Counted from the first letter of the stretch, positions 33,304 through 49,535 are shown. The stretch is DNA of 64,000 nucleotides from the human T2T-CHM13v2.0 reference genome, Homo sapiens (GCF_009914755.1 NC_060947.1), one strand, 5' to 3'. Translations and numbers: made by a program. The notes: a model not told the origin generated them from the letters alone.

Positions 33304-34981
33304 CTGAATAATTGATGAAAAGAGAAAACAATGAGCTACCTTGCACTCAGTCATTATGGCTTTGACACCACCTTTGTGGAAACTAACTACAGCATTAGCC
33401 AACAGCCATACAGCCTAAATGATATATAAGAGGCAATTTCTCAAATGGTCTGATGTTTAAGAATCAGGACACTGACCTTTCAGCTCTGACCATTACAGCA
33501 GACTTTAGTTATGCAAATATGAGAAAGGAAAGGGATCTTCAAAGTAGTGTGTGTGTGTGACATGTATGTGTGTATATCAGAGTATTTTAGAGTGTTTCTA
33601 ATCTTCTGATTTTTAAGAAAAAAAGACCAACAATAAAATAACATTATGCATTTATTATGATGTGCAAAGAACTATGTATAGAGCTACTCTTTCAATAGTC
33701 ATATCACTCTTGATGTAAATATTATTGTAATCATGATACCCCCCCCACCAGATCTACATTGCTAATTCCCAAACCAGTATTTAATATTCCTTTGGATGGA
33801 TTAACTCAACATATGCAATTGACCTTTTCAGCTTCTGCTACTTGAGGTATGGGCGACAAAAACGTGGCTGGTCAGGAGGTACTAGCACTATAATTTCCAT
33901 TAAGTAAGTGGGAGATCCATAAGTCTAAGCAGGTAAGAAAAGGCCTATGTCCAGGTAAGTTTGCTAAGGTGCAAAATGGCAGGCAGGACATTAAATGGCT
34001 CAGTAACCAGACAAGATTCAGAGTTGAGAAGACTGTAGAAGTCAACAAAATCAGCATCAGTAGGCAGATTTGAACTTTAACCCTAATACAAAGATGATTT
34101 GTTCTCTGCCCTATTTTATACTTCCTAACAGGTATCAGGAGCCTTGAGTCCGTAACTGGCCATCATTGCCAGAAAAAAAAATCAATTTAGTTGAACTCTG
34201 CCCGGATAAAAACTGAATCAGACATACTAAACTTCACAGCTTCCAGTAAATGTACATTTTAATACCATTTCTCCACACACTGCGTCCCTACCCCTTGCTT
34301 TGCCTGACACATTGTGATTCAGCAGTAAGTTTCTCCCTCTCTTCCATTTCCCTCTTCTTCCTTCCCTTTTCTGATTTAATCCTATTAAGACATTCAGGAG
34401 AAGTAGAAAATGTATTCATTGAATTCAAGGACTTTAAAATCTAAATAAGGAGAACAAATATGAACAAGAAAAACAACTAGTATAAGACTATAAATAAAAT
34501 ACACAATGTCATGTAAAATAAATGTACATGAGCACTATTGTACAAATGGAGTGATGAGAGATGTCTGATGCACACATTACCATACTAGAAGGCATGGTTT
34601 GGATATCATGAATTTCTAATTTTCTTCAATGTATTCAGTAGCTACTTCCTCTCTGTGAGAAGGTATATACTGTTAAAACAAACAAATAATCATTTCAACC
34701 ACAAGCTCTTTGTGAGACTGCACATTTTCAGAATAATCAGTGAAGTTCACAAAAAAATATCTTTTAGGCAGGGAAAAAGAAGAGGGGTTTAAAAGATGAG
34801 GATAAAGTATCTTCAAGATTGGGAGGGCACCCAGTTGCCCAGAAATATCCTCTACACTTGGCAGTACAAATAACCATTATTATTTTTTGCCTCATGGTAT
34901 ACTTAGTAGACTTCCATCTATCATCACGAAGTCATGACAGCCTAATCAATTTAAGCCCAGTTCACTTTCACTTTTGGTTGC

Positions 34982-35131
34982 CTGAAGGTTGAGGTTTCCT
35001 ATTCAGATGATCCATATTGGATTGTCATCATCATCTTTTTTGGTGACAAGGATGAGCTTCCCCTTGAGTTGACTGACCTGCAGACACTGAAGCACTCCAA
35101 CAAGAGAGTCACATCACAAAATTACATCAGG
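34982..35131 (-). pseudogene. Possible ADCY10-like exon remnant (very weak)
   Basis: Acceptor attcgtttaacag. FCDVTLLLECFSV only loosely ~ LIQVLGRLWELSV. Supported mainly by position. Confidence 0.3.
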
Positions 35132-35790
35132 CTGTTAAACGAATATAATCATTTTCACATTGATTTCAGCAAACATAGGTTTTGCCAATGCTGAATTATA
35201 CCTTATTTTTCCCACTTGAGATCCAAAATAACTACAAGGTTATATCAGATTAAATGACCTCATTCAGTTTTGTTTGCTTGCTTTTTTCCTCCCAAAGGCA
35301 ATTTGAATTAGCTGCTTCAGGATACAATTATCAACATTATTGTCTAATTCTTAGTCACACAGGAAATTTTGCAGTCAATTACTGTTACTTACATAGACTG
35401 AATTGAATAGGTTTAGTGATATATATTGTACATGCCTTTTTATACTATACACACATATATATGCACATACATGTAAATACATGTATATGTACATGTGTGT
35501 ATATAATCATATACACACAAAATTTTATAAACACATACATACATATATATGTACCTGTACACACATATAATTTTTTCATAATCATAACTATAAGTTTCTT
35601 ACAATATTGCCTGGGTATCAAAGCAATAATTTCCAACTCAGTGTTAAGGTACTCTACTACGCTAACCAAACAAGATGATTTTGGAAAAGAGATCTACAAA
35701 TACATGCTTTGAAGTGTCTCTATTACAAAAGTACAAAATAAAATTTTACATTCCATTTAAAAAAAACATTGCCCTAGAAATTTGTGTCTC

Positions 35791-35793
<3 letters not shown>

Positions 35794-35842
<49 letters not shown>
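35794..35842. repeat. (TG)n(GA)n microsatellite
   Basis: Seen directly. Confidence 0.95.
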
Positions 35843-35843
<1 letters not shown>

Positions 35844-36612
35844 AATGAAATTTTCAAAGAGATCTACCACCAAATATGTACATCCAAGGCTAGTTTTCAG
35901 CCAATCAATCAATTTTGACCTTCAGTTCAGGCCTAAATTTTTCTATTCTTCTCATCTCATTTGAAAAATACCAAGAGAAAAGCCATTCCTCAGAGAAGAG
36001 GAAGACAGTGTATCTGCAAAAAGCTATCTCTTTTTAGGTGTGCAAAGAGAAGTGTCAATATAACAAATTGCTACAGTTCAAGCCCATCAACTCAAATCAA
36101 GCATTTGAAAACTTGCCAAGATGACTCAAAATACTATGTACCAGCCTCTGTTCTAGATGCTTTCATCTCTTATCTTAATCTTCCCCAAAACCTATACACA
36201 ACATACTTTGTTTCTATTTTACAGGAAAATTGAGGGTAAATAGCCCATATGGTCAGATACCTGAAGAAAGAAAGAATAACATCACACACATTAGTGCGGC
36301 AGTCCTGCTTGTATTAGATATGGGCTCAGTCCTTTCCTAATGGTTGGAATTAAACTGCTGCTTCACTCATTGGTTTATCACCTCAGCCAGAGAGCTTAGA
36401 AAGAGGGAAAAAGGCAAGTCAGAATGTTGTAGGAAAATTCATGAAAGACTCCAATTGTTAGGAATGGACTCACTTATTTAGGTAGTAGGTAGATTTTATG
36501 TGACCCATTTCATCTTGGCTAAAAATACACTACTTCCGAATCCCCACATTGCTCTGTTTTCCTTAGAATCTTCAATTTGGCAAAAGTCAAAAGAATGAAC
36601 TATCGGTTTTAC

Positions 36613-36745
36613 CAGTTATGAACTCTTGCCTTGACCAGTTGGTTTGCTGAATAATTATGGCTCTGGAAAGTTACACTATGCTGTGGAGAGTTTGCAAATG
36701 ATGAATTGCCACAAATCCCATAACAAAAAACCATTTCATTTATCA
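36613..36745 (-). pseudogene. ADCY10-like exon remnant
   Basis: Acceptor cccaccctttacttgcctag and donor CTG|gtaaaa. GFLLWDLW ~ GSRALQMW; HSIV*LSRAIII ~ QSLCRLSRCLLL. Confidence 0.5.
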
Positions 36746-36924
36746 CTAGGCAAGTAAAGGGTGGGAAATGAGAATACCTATATGACTGCCCACTCTTCTG
36801 TGGAGACAGCACAGTTCAGATCAGAACAAAATGCAATAGGGAACACTAGTTATGCCTCTCTGAGCCTTTACACACAAAGAAAGTGTGTTGTGTACACAAA
36901 TACGTATAAATACATTTAAACATA

Positions 36925-37080
36925 AGAAAATTGAGCCACTGATGATGGGGTAAAAGTTGCCCAGGAGACATTTGGTATAGACATAGTTGATACTTTCTAC
37001 CAATAGAAAAATTCATCCCACATCCATCTGTATTTGAAGTTGTTTGGGATGCTTCATCAAGCACTAAAACTTGAACCAAT
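36925..37080 (-). pseudogene. ADCY10-like exon remnant
   Basis: DWFKF*CLMKHPKQLQIQMDVG*IFLLVESINYVYTKCLLGNF ~ VWFKYEVMAMEHIFNLPLKGEGIEIVAYVAETLVFNKLIMGHL. Confidence 0.7.
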
Positions 37081-37958
37081 CTTGGAATACTTGCATTTTC
37101 TCATGCGTTGTTTGCCTATTAATGAGCCAACCGTAAAACTATATTTTTCAGATTAAATTCAATCAAATTTAACTCGATAAATCTTAACTTACCATGCCTT
37201 GTGTCTTTAGTTTTATGTAGGTATTAAAAAATAGAAGTCATAGTTTCAGTCCTAGAATACCTTATAGAATAATTGAAATATTCGACTGTGAGCTTGAGGA
37301 CGGGAACCAAATCTTACACATATCTGTATCCCCAATGCCCAGATAATAGATTGTGGCAAAATAGGCATTTAATAAATGGATGTCGAATAAATGAATGAAT
37401 GAAGAAGGGAAATGTAAGCATTGCCTAATGTGAACAGTAGACCACTGATAATTAAGTGCTAGAGTGCATGGGTTAGGAAAAGGATGAAGAAAAATGAGCC
37501 CACTTACTGAAGTAAAAGATGCTTGTATCAACAGAATGCCACAAGTTCAGACCTTGATATATTCCTAGAACATATTAGACTGAGTTGCTAAATTCATCTG
37601 GAACCCCCAGCGAGCTCAGAAAATAGCCTCAGGTGATGATTTTCACCTTCTCACTGAAGTAGTGTGAACTATTCAAATGAGCCCTTTAAAAGAAAACATC
37701 TTTCTTTCTTTCCTCTCTGTTCCAGCACAGCATAAGGAAGGGACAGAGGGGCAAGAAAAGAGAGGTCATCAACCTCGACTATTTGGATAGCATGCCAGGA
37801 ATTTTTTTGGTTCCTTCCCATCACAGAAAACCAACTCTATTTCCATTGCATTTCAGAAAAAGCCTAGAATTTCAGGAGTTAGGTATTATGTCCTTTTCTG
37901 GTGTTCTTCCAACACCTTTCCAAAAAACTGTTAACCTCAGAGCAAGACATAAGCTTAC

Positions 37959-38090
37959 CCAGCACTGAGTGGCTGATATTTCATGACAAACTTTCAAAAG
38001 TCATCAGCTTGGCCAGCATTTTAGCTTGCCAACACATTGGTAACCTCTACTCTTTTCTACTGGAATCACTCATTTTTGAATCAAAAGGTC
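37959..38090 (-). pseudogene. ADCY10-like exon remnant
   Basis: Acceptor cttcttatag and donor TGG|gtaagc. TNVLAS*NAGQ...LSAG ~ NTALETQNCFQ...HLAG. Confidence 0.55.
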
Positions 38091-39589
38091 CTATAAGAAG
38101 CTGAACAAATTTTTAGAAAGTCAGTCAGGCCTGGACACTCCTCTCTTCCTCTTCTTTGACCTTAGCAGCTATCTCAAGATTTCAAGCCTGATTAAAGATG
38201 CTGCACCTTTATTTCCAGCCAGACTTGAAAGAATCTGACACTAACCTTCAAGAAGGAGAAATGGGCAAGTGCTTGACTGCCATCATAAACAAATAGGGTT
38301 AATTCTAACGTACCTATCATGCATGTGCTCACTTTAAAGCACTGACTTACTGACTTTTCCTACATGGTAATAAAAAGGTGAATAAAAAGCCAAGGTCATA
38401 GGTTTGGTCTTCTATGGGCCAGATACTCACAGTTTTAAATCTTATTCTCAAGCTCTACTCAGATCCTGACCAGATGTCTCAGCTTTACATAATGCTAAGT
38501 TCAAAGTGTCCTAGACCCAGAGTGATTCATTTTCACAATGACAGAAAGAGCATATCTTCATACATAAAGAATGATACATTTTTACTTCAAAAGGAACTAC
38601 CAAAGAAAGGAAATAGAAACTAAAGTTCACTGAGTACGTGCTATGTACCAGGCTCTGTTCTAGATTCTTTCATCTCTTAATTCTTCCCCCTAAACCTATA
38701 CACGACATACTTTATCTCTATTTTACATGAAAATTGAGGGTTAGAGAGGTTATACGGAGTTATAAACAAGTAAGCTCCATTCAAGAGGATATTAAAGGAG
38801 TCAGAAGAATGTTAACAAGATTTGGGAAAGAATGGATTACTAAACTGTTTTATCTACTTGAAAGATTACAAATATTCAAGAGAAACCATCAGCAATGTTT
38901 GGTGAGTAATAAAAAAGGGAGAACATCTCTCATCCCGTGTCCTTGCAGTCTGGATATGTATGAATAAAACAACTTGAACAGGGAGGAAGAGATTGAATTC
39001 AGACAAATTGGTTACTGTCATTCATAAAACATGAACATCTGTGTAAATCACAAAGAAAATATCACCATTTTATTGAAGAAGAAACTGGGGCTTAGAAGAG
39101 TAAAGTGACTTGACCAAGGTCACACTTACTCCAAAGCTACTTACTTAGTCTCAGAACACTTTGTATTCCATTATCCACAAATGTTCCCACTGAACCAGTT
39201 TAGGGTCAGGGACCCAAAATAGCAGCTTTGACAGCACAGCTTCTGCTAGGCTATGATAGTTAATATTGCTGTTTTCTAATCCTTCCTCAAAAAGTGTCTC
39301 TTTCTCTACCTTCACAGATTCTCTTCCTTTTCTGTATCAGAGGGCATGGGGATCTGCTTCACTACCTGGGGCTGGCAAGATAAGCAAAAGTGGAGGCTGT
39401 GTCCATTTCTACCCACTCCTACTTGACACTTTAGATGAATCTCTTTACTTTCACCCCAGGAAGTAGAGTGACATTACTTTCTTTATCTCAGTGGCAGGAA
39501 AGGATGAAACCTCTCCCAGCAAAATACACCTTTGAGCTAGTGAAAAGTGAATGATTAATAAAGAATATAAATCTTCATTCTTCTGAGAC

Positions 39590-39700
39590 AGATCAGAAGA
39601 GAAAAAAAGAAGAAAGAAAGGGAAGGAAGGAAGGAAAAAAGGAAAGGAAAGAATCTATGAAGAATAAAAAGAGAAGGAAGGACAAAAGAAAGAAAGTTGT
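39590..39700. repeat. GA-rich simple repeat
   Basis: (GAAA)/(GGAA) run. Confidence 0.8.
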
Positions 39701-39753
39701 CATTTTAGCAGGAAGGGATGGGGTCTTTTTCAGAAGTAAAAGCTATCTTATAC

Positions 39754-40114
39754 CTACAAGAAGACGTGAGAGATTTCAAAACAAGCAGACACGAAGTGTA
39801 TCACCGACACTTTTGTGTTCCTCCTACAATTTAGGAGTTCCAGGATTCCTCTCCAAATTAAATGTTGTACATTTTAAAACCAGACTCTTGACATTTTAAA
39901 GTACATTTTATGGTTTATTAATATGTATTTGGGGTCTTTTAAAATGCGTATTCTAACAGTGGATGTAAATCTGTATTTGGAGATTTTTCACGGGAAAAAG
40001 AGATTATATCCAACCAGATATGCCCTCATGCCTCATATTCCAAGTTGCAATGAGCATTTGGGGATTTGAACATTCACCAGGTACTCAGATGTTGCCTTTC
40101 ATAGTTTACTTCAC
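39754..40114 (-). pseudogene. ADCY10-like exon remnant(s)
   Basis: RAYLVGYNLFFP*KNLQIQIYIHC*NTHFK ~ RKALKLLNRIFPYNLISLFLHIHVEKNRHFH; VCL near the end; acceptor ttttagcag. Confidence 0.7.
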
Positions 40115-40279
40115 CTGCTAAAACTGATATTTGGTTGAAAATAACTTGTGTACATAGGGAAATGCTTCACTTTTCTTAACTCCTGATTCCCTCTGCTCTA
40201 TCAAAAAGCTGGAAGAAAGTACACAGGAAATAATCCACCCAAAACACATGCCAAGTATGGAAGGGAAGCAGGAATTTAC

Positions 40280-40375
40280 CTGTAAAGAGTGAGATGCTGG
40301 TCACTAAACTAGCTCAAAAAATAGTTCCTTCTTGTAAAATTACCTACAAATGTGACCAGTAAGAAAAGGGCAGGC
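40280..40375 (-). pseudogene. ADCY10-like exon remnant
   Basis: Ends ASHSLQ with donor CAG|gtaaat; the next segment begins GEV, together ~ TFYSLKGEV. Confidence 0.5.
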
Positions 40376-40651
40376 CCCAAGGGATTGTGGAGATATGAAT
40401 CTTCTCAGACTATCCAGTACTAGTTTTTCTCCAGCATAACAACCTCTACTGGGTACCTGGTTTCATATACACACACAAAATCATAAGTTATAAATTATAA
40501 ATTGTTAATATACATATTGGGTTCATTCATTCATTCATTTATTACATACCTACCCTTTTCCAGGTATTTTAGTTTGGATAAACACCACTTGGAAATTTAA
40601 CAGGTATCTGGCCTGTTTTCATTTACTTATAAATTTAACAGGTATCTTTCA

Positions 40652-42540
<1,889 letters not shown>

Positions 42541-42569
42541 TTCTTTATATTTCAGGATTAATGGAGCCT

Positions 42570-43345
42570 ATCGAGCTTATTGGTTAAGAGCAAGAGCTCT
42601 AAAATAAACTGATTGTATTTGAATCCCAGATCTGTCACTTAGTAATCTTTGGCAACTATGTAATCTTTCTGTGTTTCAGTTTCTCTGTCTGAAGATAGTG
42701 ATAATAATATTGTGTTGTGTGGTTGTGAGGATTAAATTATATAATGCATATAAAGTGTACATAATACTACCTAGCAATACCAAGTCTCAATAAATACCGC
42801 TATCATTGCTTATAAAACCCAAACTTCTTAGCTGAGCAAAAAACAACATTCACTATATAACTTCTGCTTTCCTCTCAAGTCTCATATTACTGCATACCTC
42901 ACAGACACTCAATCCCAGCCATACTCAACTACTGGCTGTTCTCTGAACATGCCATGTTCTTACACCCAGTTGTCAAGAGATCTGCCTTTCAGCCAGGGCT
43001 TCACTGCACATGCTGCCCTGTCTGCCTAGAAGAATGATCTCCCTCTACTCCTTCTTCACCTGGCTAATGTTAACTCCTACTGCTCCTTTAAAACTCAGCT
43101 CATAAATTACTGTCTCCAGGAACCCATATCTGAACCTCCAGTCAGGGTTAGATGTCCCTCCTCTGTGTTTCCATAACATCTTATACGTATCTTTATTAAA
43201 TAATTTAACACCATATTATTTGTGCTGATATATTGTGCCATATGCTAGACTAGACTATATATTTCTACAGGCAAACACTGTAGGAATATTGGGCTTTTGG
43301 TAAAGTGCTTAACATACACTAGGAACTCAGTAAATGGTTTTTGGA
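42570..43345. mobile_element. MIR followed by L2 fragments
   Basis: tttgaatcccagatctgtcacttag and gttgtgaggattaaat (MIR); ctcctactgctcctttaaaactcagctc (L2). Confidence 0.65.
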
Positions 43346-43369
43346 AACACAGAAAAATGGTTAAAATAT

Positions 43370-43511
43370 GAATTGATTTATAAGGAAATCAAGATAAATA
43401 CAATCTTTTCCCCATAACCCAGGCTTCAGCAACACGACAGTTGTGTAAAGTGAAGTACATCTGAGAGGAGAATTAGCCTTCACTGAGTTTTATCATCAAG
43501 AATTCAACAGC
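43370..43511 (-). pseudogene. Possible ADCY10-like exon remnant (weak)
   Basis: Acceptor ccttttcaag. LLSDVLHFTQLSCC*SLG..EKIVF loosely ~ ILEIVILPLAHHFLALGENDKALY. Confidence 0.35.
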
Positions 43512-44689
43512 CTTGAAAAGGCATTTACTAGGTAACTGAATGCAGAGTGCTCACATAGAGCTGAGAGAAGATAGACATAACTGCATTCCGCCCCCCTCCA
43601 AAAAAAATAGTATAGTTCATTTCAGTTCTTTTTTCAAAAACATCCAAGAAGTGAATCCTCATTCTGGATTAATGATCTATCAATTTTTCATAAGGCGTAA
43701 TGGTTCCCTCATTAAAAGTTATATTATTATTCTAGAAAACAAACCTCAAATCAGGAAAAGGAACAGAAGATAAATAGAAAGCAATGTGTGTCTGGTAAAA
43801 CATCAAATGAGTCAATGGGTATCTCTGTGGCTTTGCTGCACAGTGAACATTTCTTGCTTCCCTGGAAATAAATCCAGCTTTTTACATCTATGTGACAAAA
43901 ACTTTTCATTTTCAATGCTTTATTTCCTAGTAAGGCTTTAAAAAATTTCCTAAGTCTAAAGTACCCTGATGAATTACATATTCTCTCCTTCTCTTACATC
44001 CCACATCTAATTCATCAACAGATCTTTTTAGTTTTTCCTTGAATCAGAATATGACCTATCACCACCTCCATCTTTACCATAGTAGCCAAGCCATCATCAT
44101 CTCTCCTCTGTATTATTGCAGTAGTCTCCTAATAGTTCTCTCTGCTTCTGCGTTGGCCCTGTATCACTCTACCCACTACGTTATTTCCATCTTCAAATAA
44201 ACTTGTGGAGTATTTAGGGTATTGATCATTCCCTTCTTTTACTAACAAGAAGACACACATATAGAGGTGAGAACTCACCGAAGGTCAGCCATATATTAAT
44301 ATCAGAGCCATAACTGAAAGGTAGATCTCCTGACACCTAATTTTATCTATTTAGCCTTATAACAGCAAAGTGGCTATTAGTAAACTATAGCCAAATCATA
44401 TTTCCCATTTTTAGAACCTCCTTCTTCATGTAGATAGACCCACTACACTAGGAAATTTGGAAGTTAATCAAGGAATACTCATATTAGTATCTAAATATGT
44501 CAAAGTATCTACCTGAATGTTTCATTGCCAAAGGCAATTTTATTTTTAAAATTGGCCCAATTGAATGATCTTCATCTTGAGTAATACTGGATTTTTATTC
44601 GCGTTTTTGTGTTTTTAGTAACCAAAACCTATTTTTTCCTCTAAAAGAACTTATACAGGACCCCACTATATTAAGAATATAGAAGTATG

Positions 44690-45018
<329 letters not shown>

Positions 45019-45170
45019 TTAAAAAAAAGAATGAGGGAAGAACTGCTCAGAGTTTCATGTTCTTGGCTACACATTCACCCCATTGAGTCAACCCTTAAGG
45101 CACCGTCACAGAATCTTTGGATCCATGGATTCCAGTTTGAGCACACCTTCTACAGAAGACTTTTCCAATA

Positions 45171-45312
45171 CAGTGTGTTCCACAAACCAGTGGTATCTGC
45201 ATAACCTAGGAGCTTGTTAGAAATATAGAATCTCAGGCCCTATCCCAGACTAACAGAGTCTACATTTACATTTTAACAAGATACTCCAGGTGATTCAAAT
45301 TTTAGAAGCACG
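45171..45312. mobile_element. MER5A (hAT-Charlie MITE)
   Basis: gagcttgttagaaatatagaatctcaggccctatcccagact...ttttaacaagatactccaggtgattc. Confidence 0.8.
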
Positions 45313-45779
45313 AATTCCTTGACTCTATCTGAAAAGGTCTTCTGGTTAAGGTTTAAATGTGGTTTTACAAATACAGGTCCAAACACCAAGAAACAGTATA
45401 GGAAGATATATACCCAGATATCTAACTAGATGCTTCGTGTTCTTTCTCTGTGTTTTGCTATATGCTGAGCTTAGCCTATGGATTCATCATTATGCCTAAG
45501 TAGATTAGGCAGCTACCACTATGGGATGAGTTGATGAATTCTAGAAAGATATTCCTGACTGCAAGTTTCCTTCCCACCAGCTCTACCACAGTGACTGAAA
45601 AACCCACTTGACTCACTCCCATGAGTGGACAGTGTAAATGTAGTTTTTGGAAAGACTATTACATTGAGTGATTATGGGTTATCAACAACCTTATCTCAAA
45701 TATATTCAAGAAGAATCAGGCCTTAGGGTGATGATACCCTGGGCAGGTGTGACAGGAGGCACAGTACAGCTAAGTGAAG

Positions 45780-46000
45780 TACTCTTAGATGTTCAGAAAG
45801 GCATTGGGGAAAGCAAAACAAGGGAAAGGGGCACAGCACTCAAAGCACACTTCTATTTATTCGTGTTCTCTGCAATGGGCTCTGCTTGTTTTGTACATAT
45901 ATCTTAATCTATTCACTGCAACTTACAAAATAAAGAAAGAAGCAAATCAATTTATCCCTGTTGAGAGCTATTAAGGCCAGTAAAATCACTGCCCCTTATT
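45780..46000 (-). pseudogene. ADCY10-like exon remnant (weak)
   Basis: SE*IKIYVQ ~ KDQRKAMHLK; VCFECCAPFPCFAF ~ CDHCRGRDFIPYHHFTV. Confidence 0.4.
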
Positions 46001-46728
46001 CTCACCCAAAGAAAAGAGTGGTTTTCTCTCCGCTCGTATTTTTATGTGCAACCATCATCTTTATTATAAGTCTCATTCTTCTTTTCTAAGGAAATGGTGC
46101 TACATTTCAACATTAAGAGGTTTCAACATGGCACTACAAGGAAGCTTGTAAAAGCAATGTGGCACCAAGGCATATAAGCATTTTTTCCATTATGCCTGTG
46201 ACAGATGTAATGCTTACTAGATTCAAAGCCTCAAGGGCTCCATTGTCAGAGATAAATGTTAAACTGAAGAATTTATCCAAATAATTCAAGCCAAAATATG
46301 GTTTCACCTGAAATGTGCAGGAAATAGAAATGATTGAAATTTATTGATTTGGATGGTCTAGATAATTAACTTGGTTCATCACTTTCATTTTGCTAGTGTA
46401 GAACTGGTCTGATTAATCCAACTAGCTATAAAATGATGAATTATCCAGATTAAATCTATACTCCTTCTTCAATAAGCTTTTGTAGAATTTACCTCAAATA
46501 CTTCATGGCACACAGGTCTGGATGATTTAAGAGGAGCGCCACATTCTTGATGTCAGTGTCCAAATACTCCAGAGATATCTACCTAAACATTTTACTGGGA
46601 GAGGCAATTTTAGCTTACAGAGTTGTCCAGTTAAATGGCCTTCATCTTCAGAAATACTTGAGACAGTGGTTCTTGTAGTGCAAGGTAGACTTAGAAAAGT
46701 GGTGAACGCTCAGGCTCATTTACTTTTA

Positions 46729-47106
<378 letters not shown>

Positions 47107-47899
47107 TCATATTGGATTAAATTGTCTCTAATTATTAAAGCATCTAGTAAGAAAATAAGCTCCAGCTAGGAAGTCTGAACTGAAGTCAGAGAGACTTGAC
47201 TGAACTAGAAGCAGTCCCCTCACATTCACCACAGGACCCTGTAAAGCAGAGCAGACTCTCAATTATTTGGCCAAAGCCTGAAAATCTAAGTTTGCAAAAC
47301 ACAGTAAGGACCTGAGAGACAAAATATTTGTTCTCCTGTGAAGAAGGTTGGATTTTGTGAGGGCGGGGGGACAGGACAAAAATCTAGGCAACTTGGAAGA
47401 GGGGGCTGTGTGGAATGAAAGGATAGGTGAGTAATGAGTAGAGAGGAAGGTAAAACAGGAACATTTTCCTCTTCAAAAGCCCAAACCTAGATAGAACTTC
47501 CCCGTTTGGCACAAGGAACTACTAGATTAGAGTTCCAATCTCTGTTCCTCCAAACTATACTATTGTTCTAAGAGCTACTCTATACTTCATCAAGAAACTT
47601 CGACTATCTAGTTTGTAATTTGGTCTGAGGGAGATTGGTGGAGCATGAAGTACTTGGAGAAGGATGTAGCCATTGGATGAAAATCTTGCAGGAGCTCTGA
47701 AGACTGAGATAGCATCAAACTCCATGTAGATTATTGAGCACAGTCACCAACAGTAATTAACAACTTATGCATAGGTCCATGGACTAGCAGTGGCAGAGGA
47801 GCACACCCATCCACAGGCATGAAAGAAAGGAAAATGAGACTGCATTTCCTATTAGCAAGAATCATCCTTTAAAAGAGTTCTGCTCCTCTTGAATATTCT

Positions 47900-48644
47900 G
47901 TATATTTTACAAAAATTACCAAGCTGTATTTACCCAGGAAATAAGGAGGCAGTTTGCATTTGAAAGCCCGGGAAGGAAGAAATCACTCAAATAGGCGGTT
48001 AGGGTGGGTCCTTGGTAAAACTCCTTCAAACAGAGGACAGCCTGAAAATCAAACTGCAGGCCCCAGATAAGAAAGAGCCCACATCCCTGAATGGAAACAC
48101 CTACTCTGTGAAACAAGATGAACAAATTCTATTCCTCTTCTGGTTCTTACTTTTCACCTATTTTACATATGCCTACCTTTCTGTGATTGGCTGCAGGCCA
48201 AGTCTTCATTCACTCGGGCGAATGAAGTCTTCATTCGGGGTGAATCATCATTTCAGCCCCGATTGGTCTCTGCCCAAGGTCCCGGGCCAAGCTTTCACAT
48301 CAGCCCGATTGGTCCAGGGCCAAGTTCCTGGGCCAAGCCTTCACCTCTATCCCTAATTGCTTTTTTTTTTTTTTTTTTACAATATCATACCTCTCTCTTA
48401 ATGGTGCTTTCTCCAAGACAGCCTACAAGCTAGTCAGCACATTCCCCCCCTTCCAGTCCATAAAAATGCCAGACTCAGCCTCATAGCTGGCAACCTTCTC
48501 AGGTCCCCTCTCCTTGGTGGAGAGCTTTCTTCTTTTGCTTATTAAACATTTGGTCCAGCCTCACCCTTTGTGTCCATGATCCCCAATTTTCTTGGTTGTG
48601 AGACAAGAACTCCAGATAATACCATAGAAAACAAGACTGCAACA
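47900..48644 (+). mobile_element. ERV1-class (MER4-group-like) solo LTR
   Basis: Repeated gattgg (CCAAT) boxes, TATA-like ccataaaaa, poly-A-like attaaa, and an end ...gactgcaaca. Left boundary approximate. Confidence 0.72.
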
Positions 48645-48649
48645 CTGTG

Positions 48650-49535
48650 ACAGAAAGACTAGTGACTTAGGTGTCAGGAGATCCGTATTCAAGTCATTAA
48701 TTAGTTCTGTGACTTTGGGAAAGTCACTTCTCCTGGGCTTTAGTATCCTCATCTTTAACATGAATTCCCAAATATGATGATGATGATGGTGATGATGATG
48801 ATAGTAATAGCATTTATTAAGCCCTTGTTAAGTGTGAGAAACCATTTGTTCTCATTGTTTCATAGGCGTTAATTCTTCTAATTCTGGCAATGATCCTGTG
48901 AGGCAGGCACTATTTATAATGTTCTGTAGGTATGAGAGGATAAGCTAGTTGCCCAAAATGTCACTTCACTAAAATGTATTAGAGCTAAGGTTTGAAGACA
49001 GATGTCTATAATGCCAATATATTTTGGCATTATAGACCAAGACGATGCCTGATGCTTCTTCATCTTGATACTAATTCATTCTTCTGACCATCATGTCAGA
49101 GCTTCTTTCCCTAAAGCCATACATGTTACAATGGCACAGCCAGGACTCAAACAGGGGCATCCTGGCTTCTAGGCCAAAGTATATCTACAATATCTACAAT
49201 ACTTTCTGAGCAGGGGAAGCCTGAGAGTTTCCTTTAGATCATGCCAATGACATAACTTATGTAGTAATAGAAAGAATAATAGATAATCCTCATGTAGGTC
49301 TTATTCTAAGCTTAGTACTAGTCTAAGTACATTACAAATGTTAGCTCAATCTTCATTAAACTCGTATGAGGTAGAAACTATTATTTATTCCAATTTTATT
49401 GGAGTGGAAACTAAGGCATAGACAGGTTAAGTAAATTTACCAAGGTCAATTAGCTTATAGCAGAGCTACAATTTGAACCAAGGCAATCAAGTTCCACAGT
49501 TCTCTGATCCTAAGCACTATGCTAAACTGCCTCAC
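48650..49535. mobile_element. Cluster of MIR fragments with a (GAT)n repeat
   Basis: gtgactttgggaaagtcactt; gaaactaaggcatagacaggttaagtaaatttaccaaggtc. Confidence 0.75.

Noticed and set aside
36846-37079. ORF with VLVLDEASQ resembling an SF1/Upf1 helicase motif II
   Set aside because: No other helicase motifs nearby. A different frame of the same DNA fits ADCY10 in colinear position.
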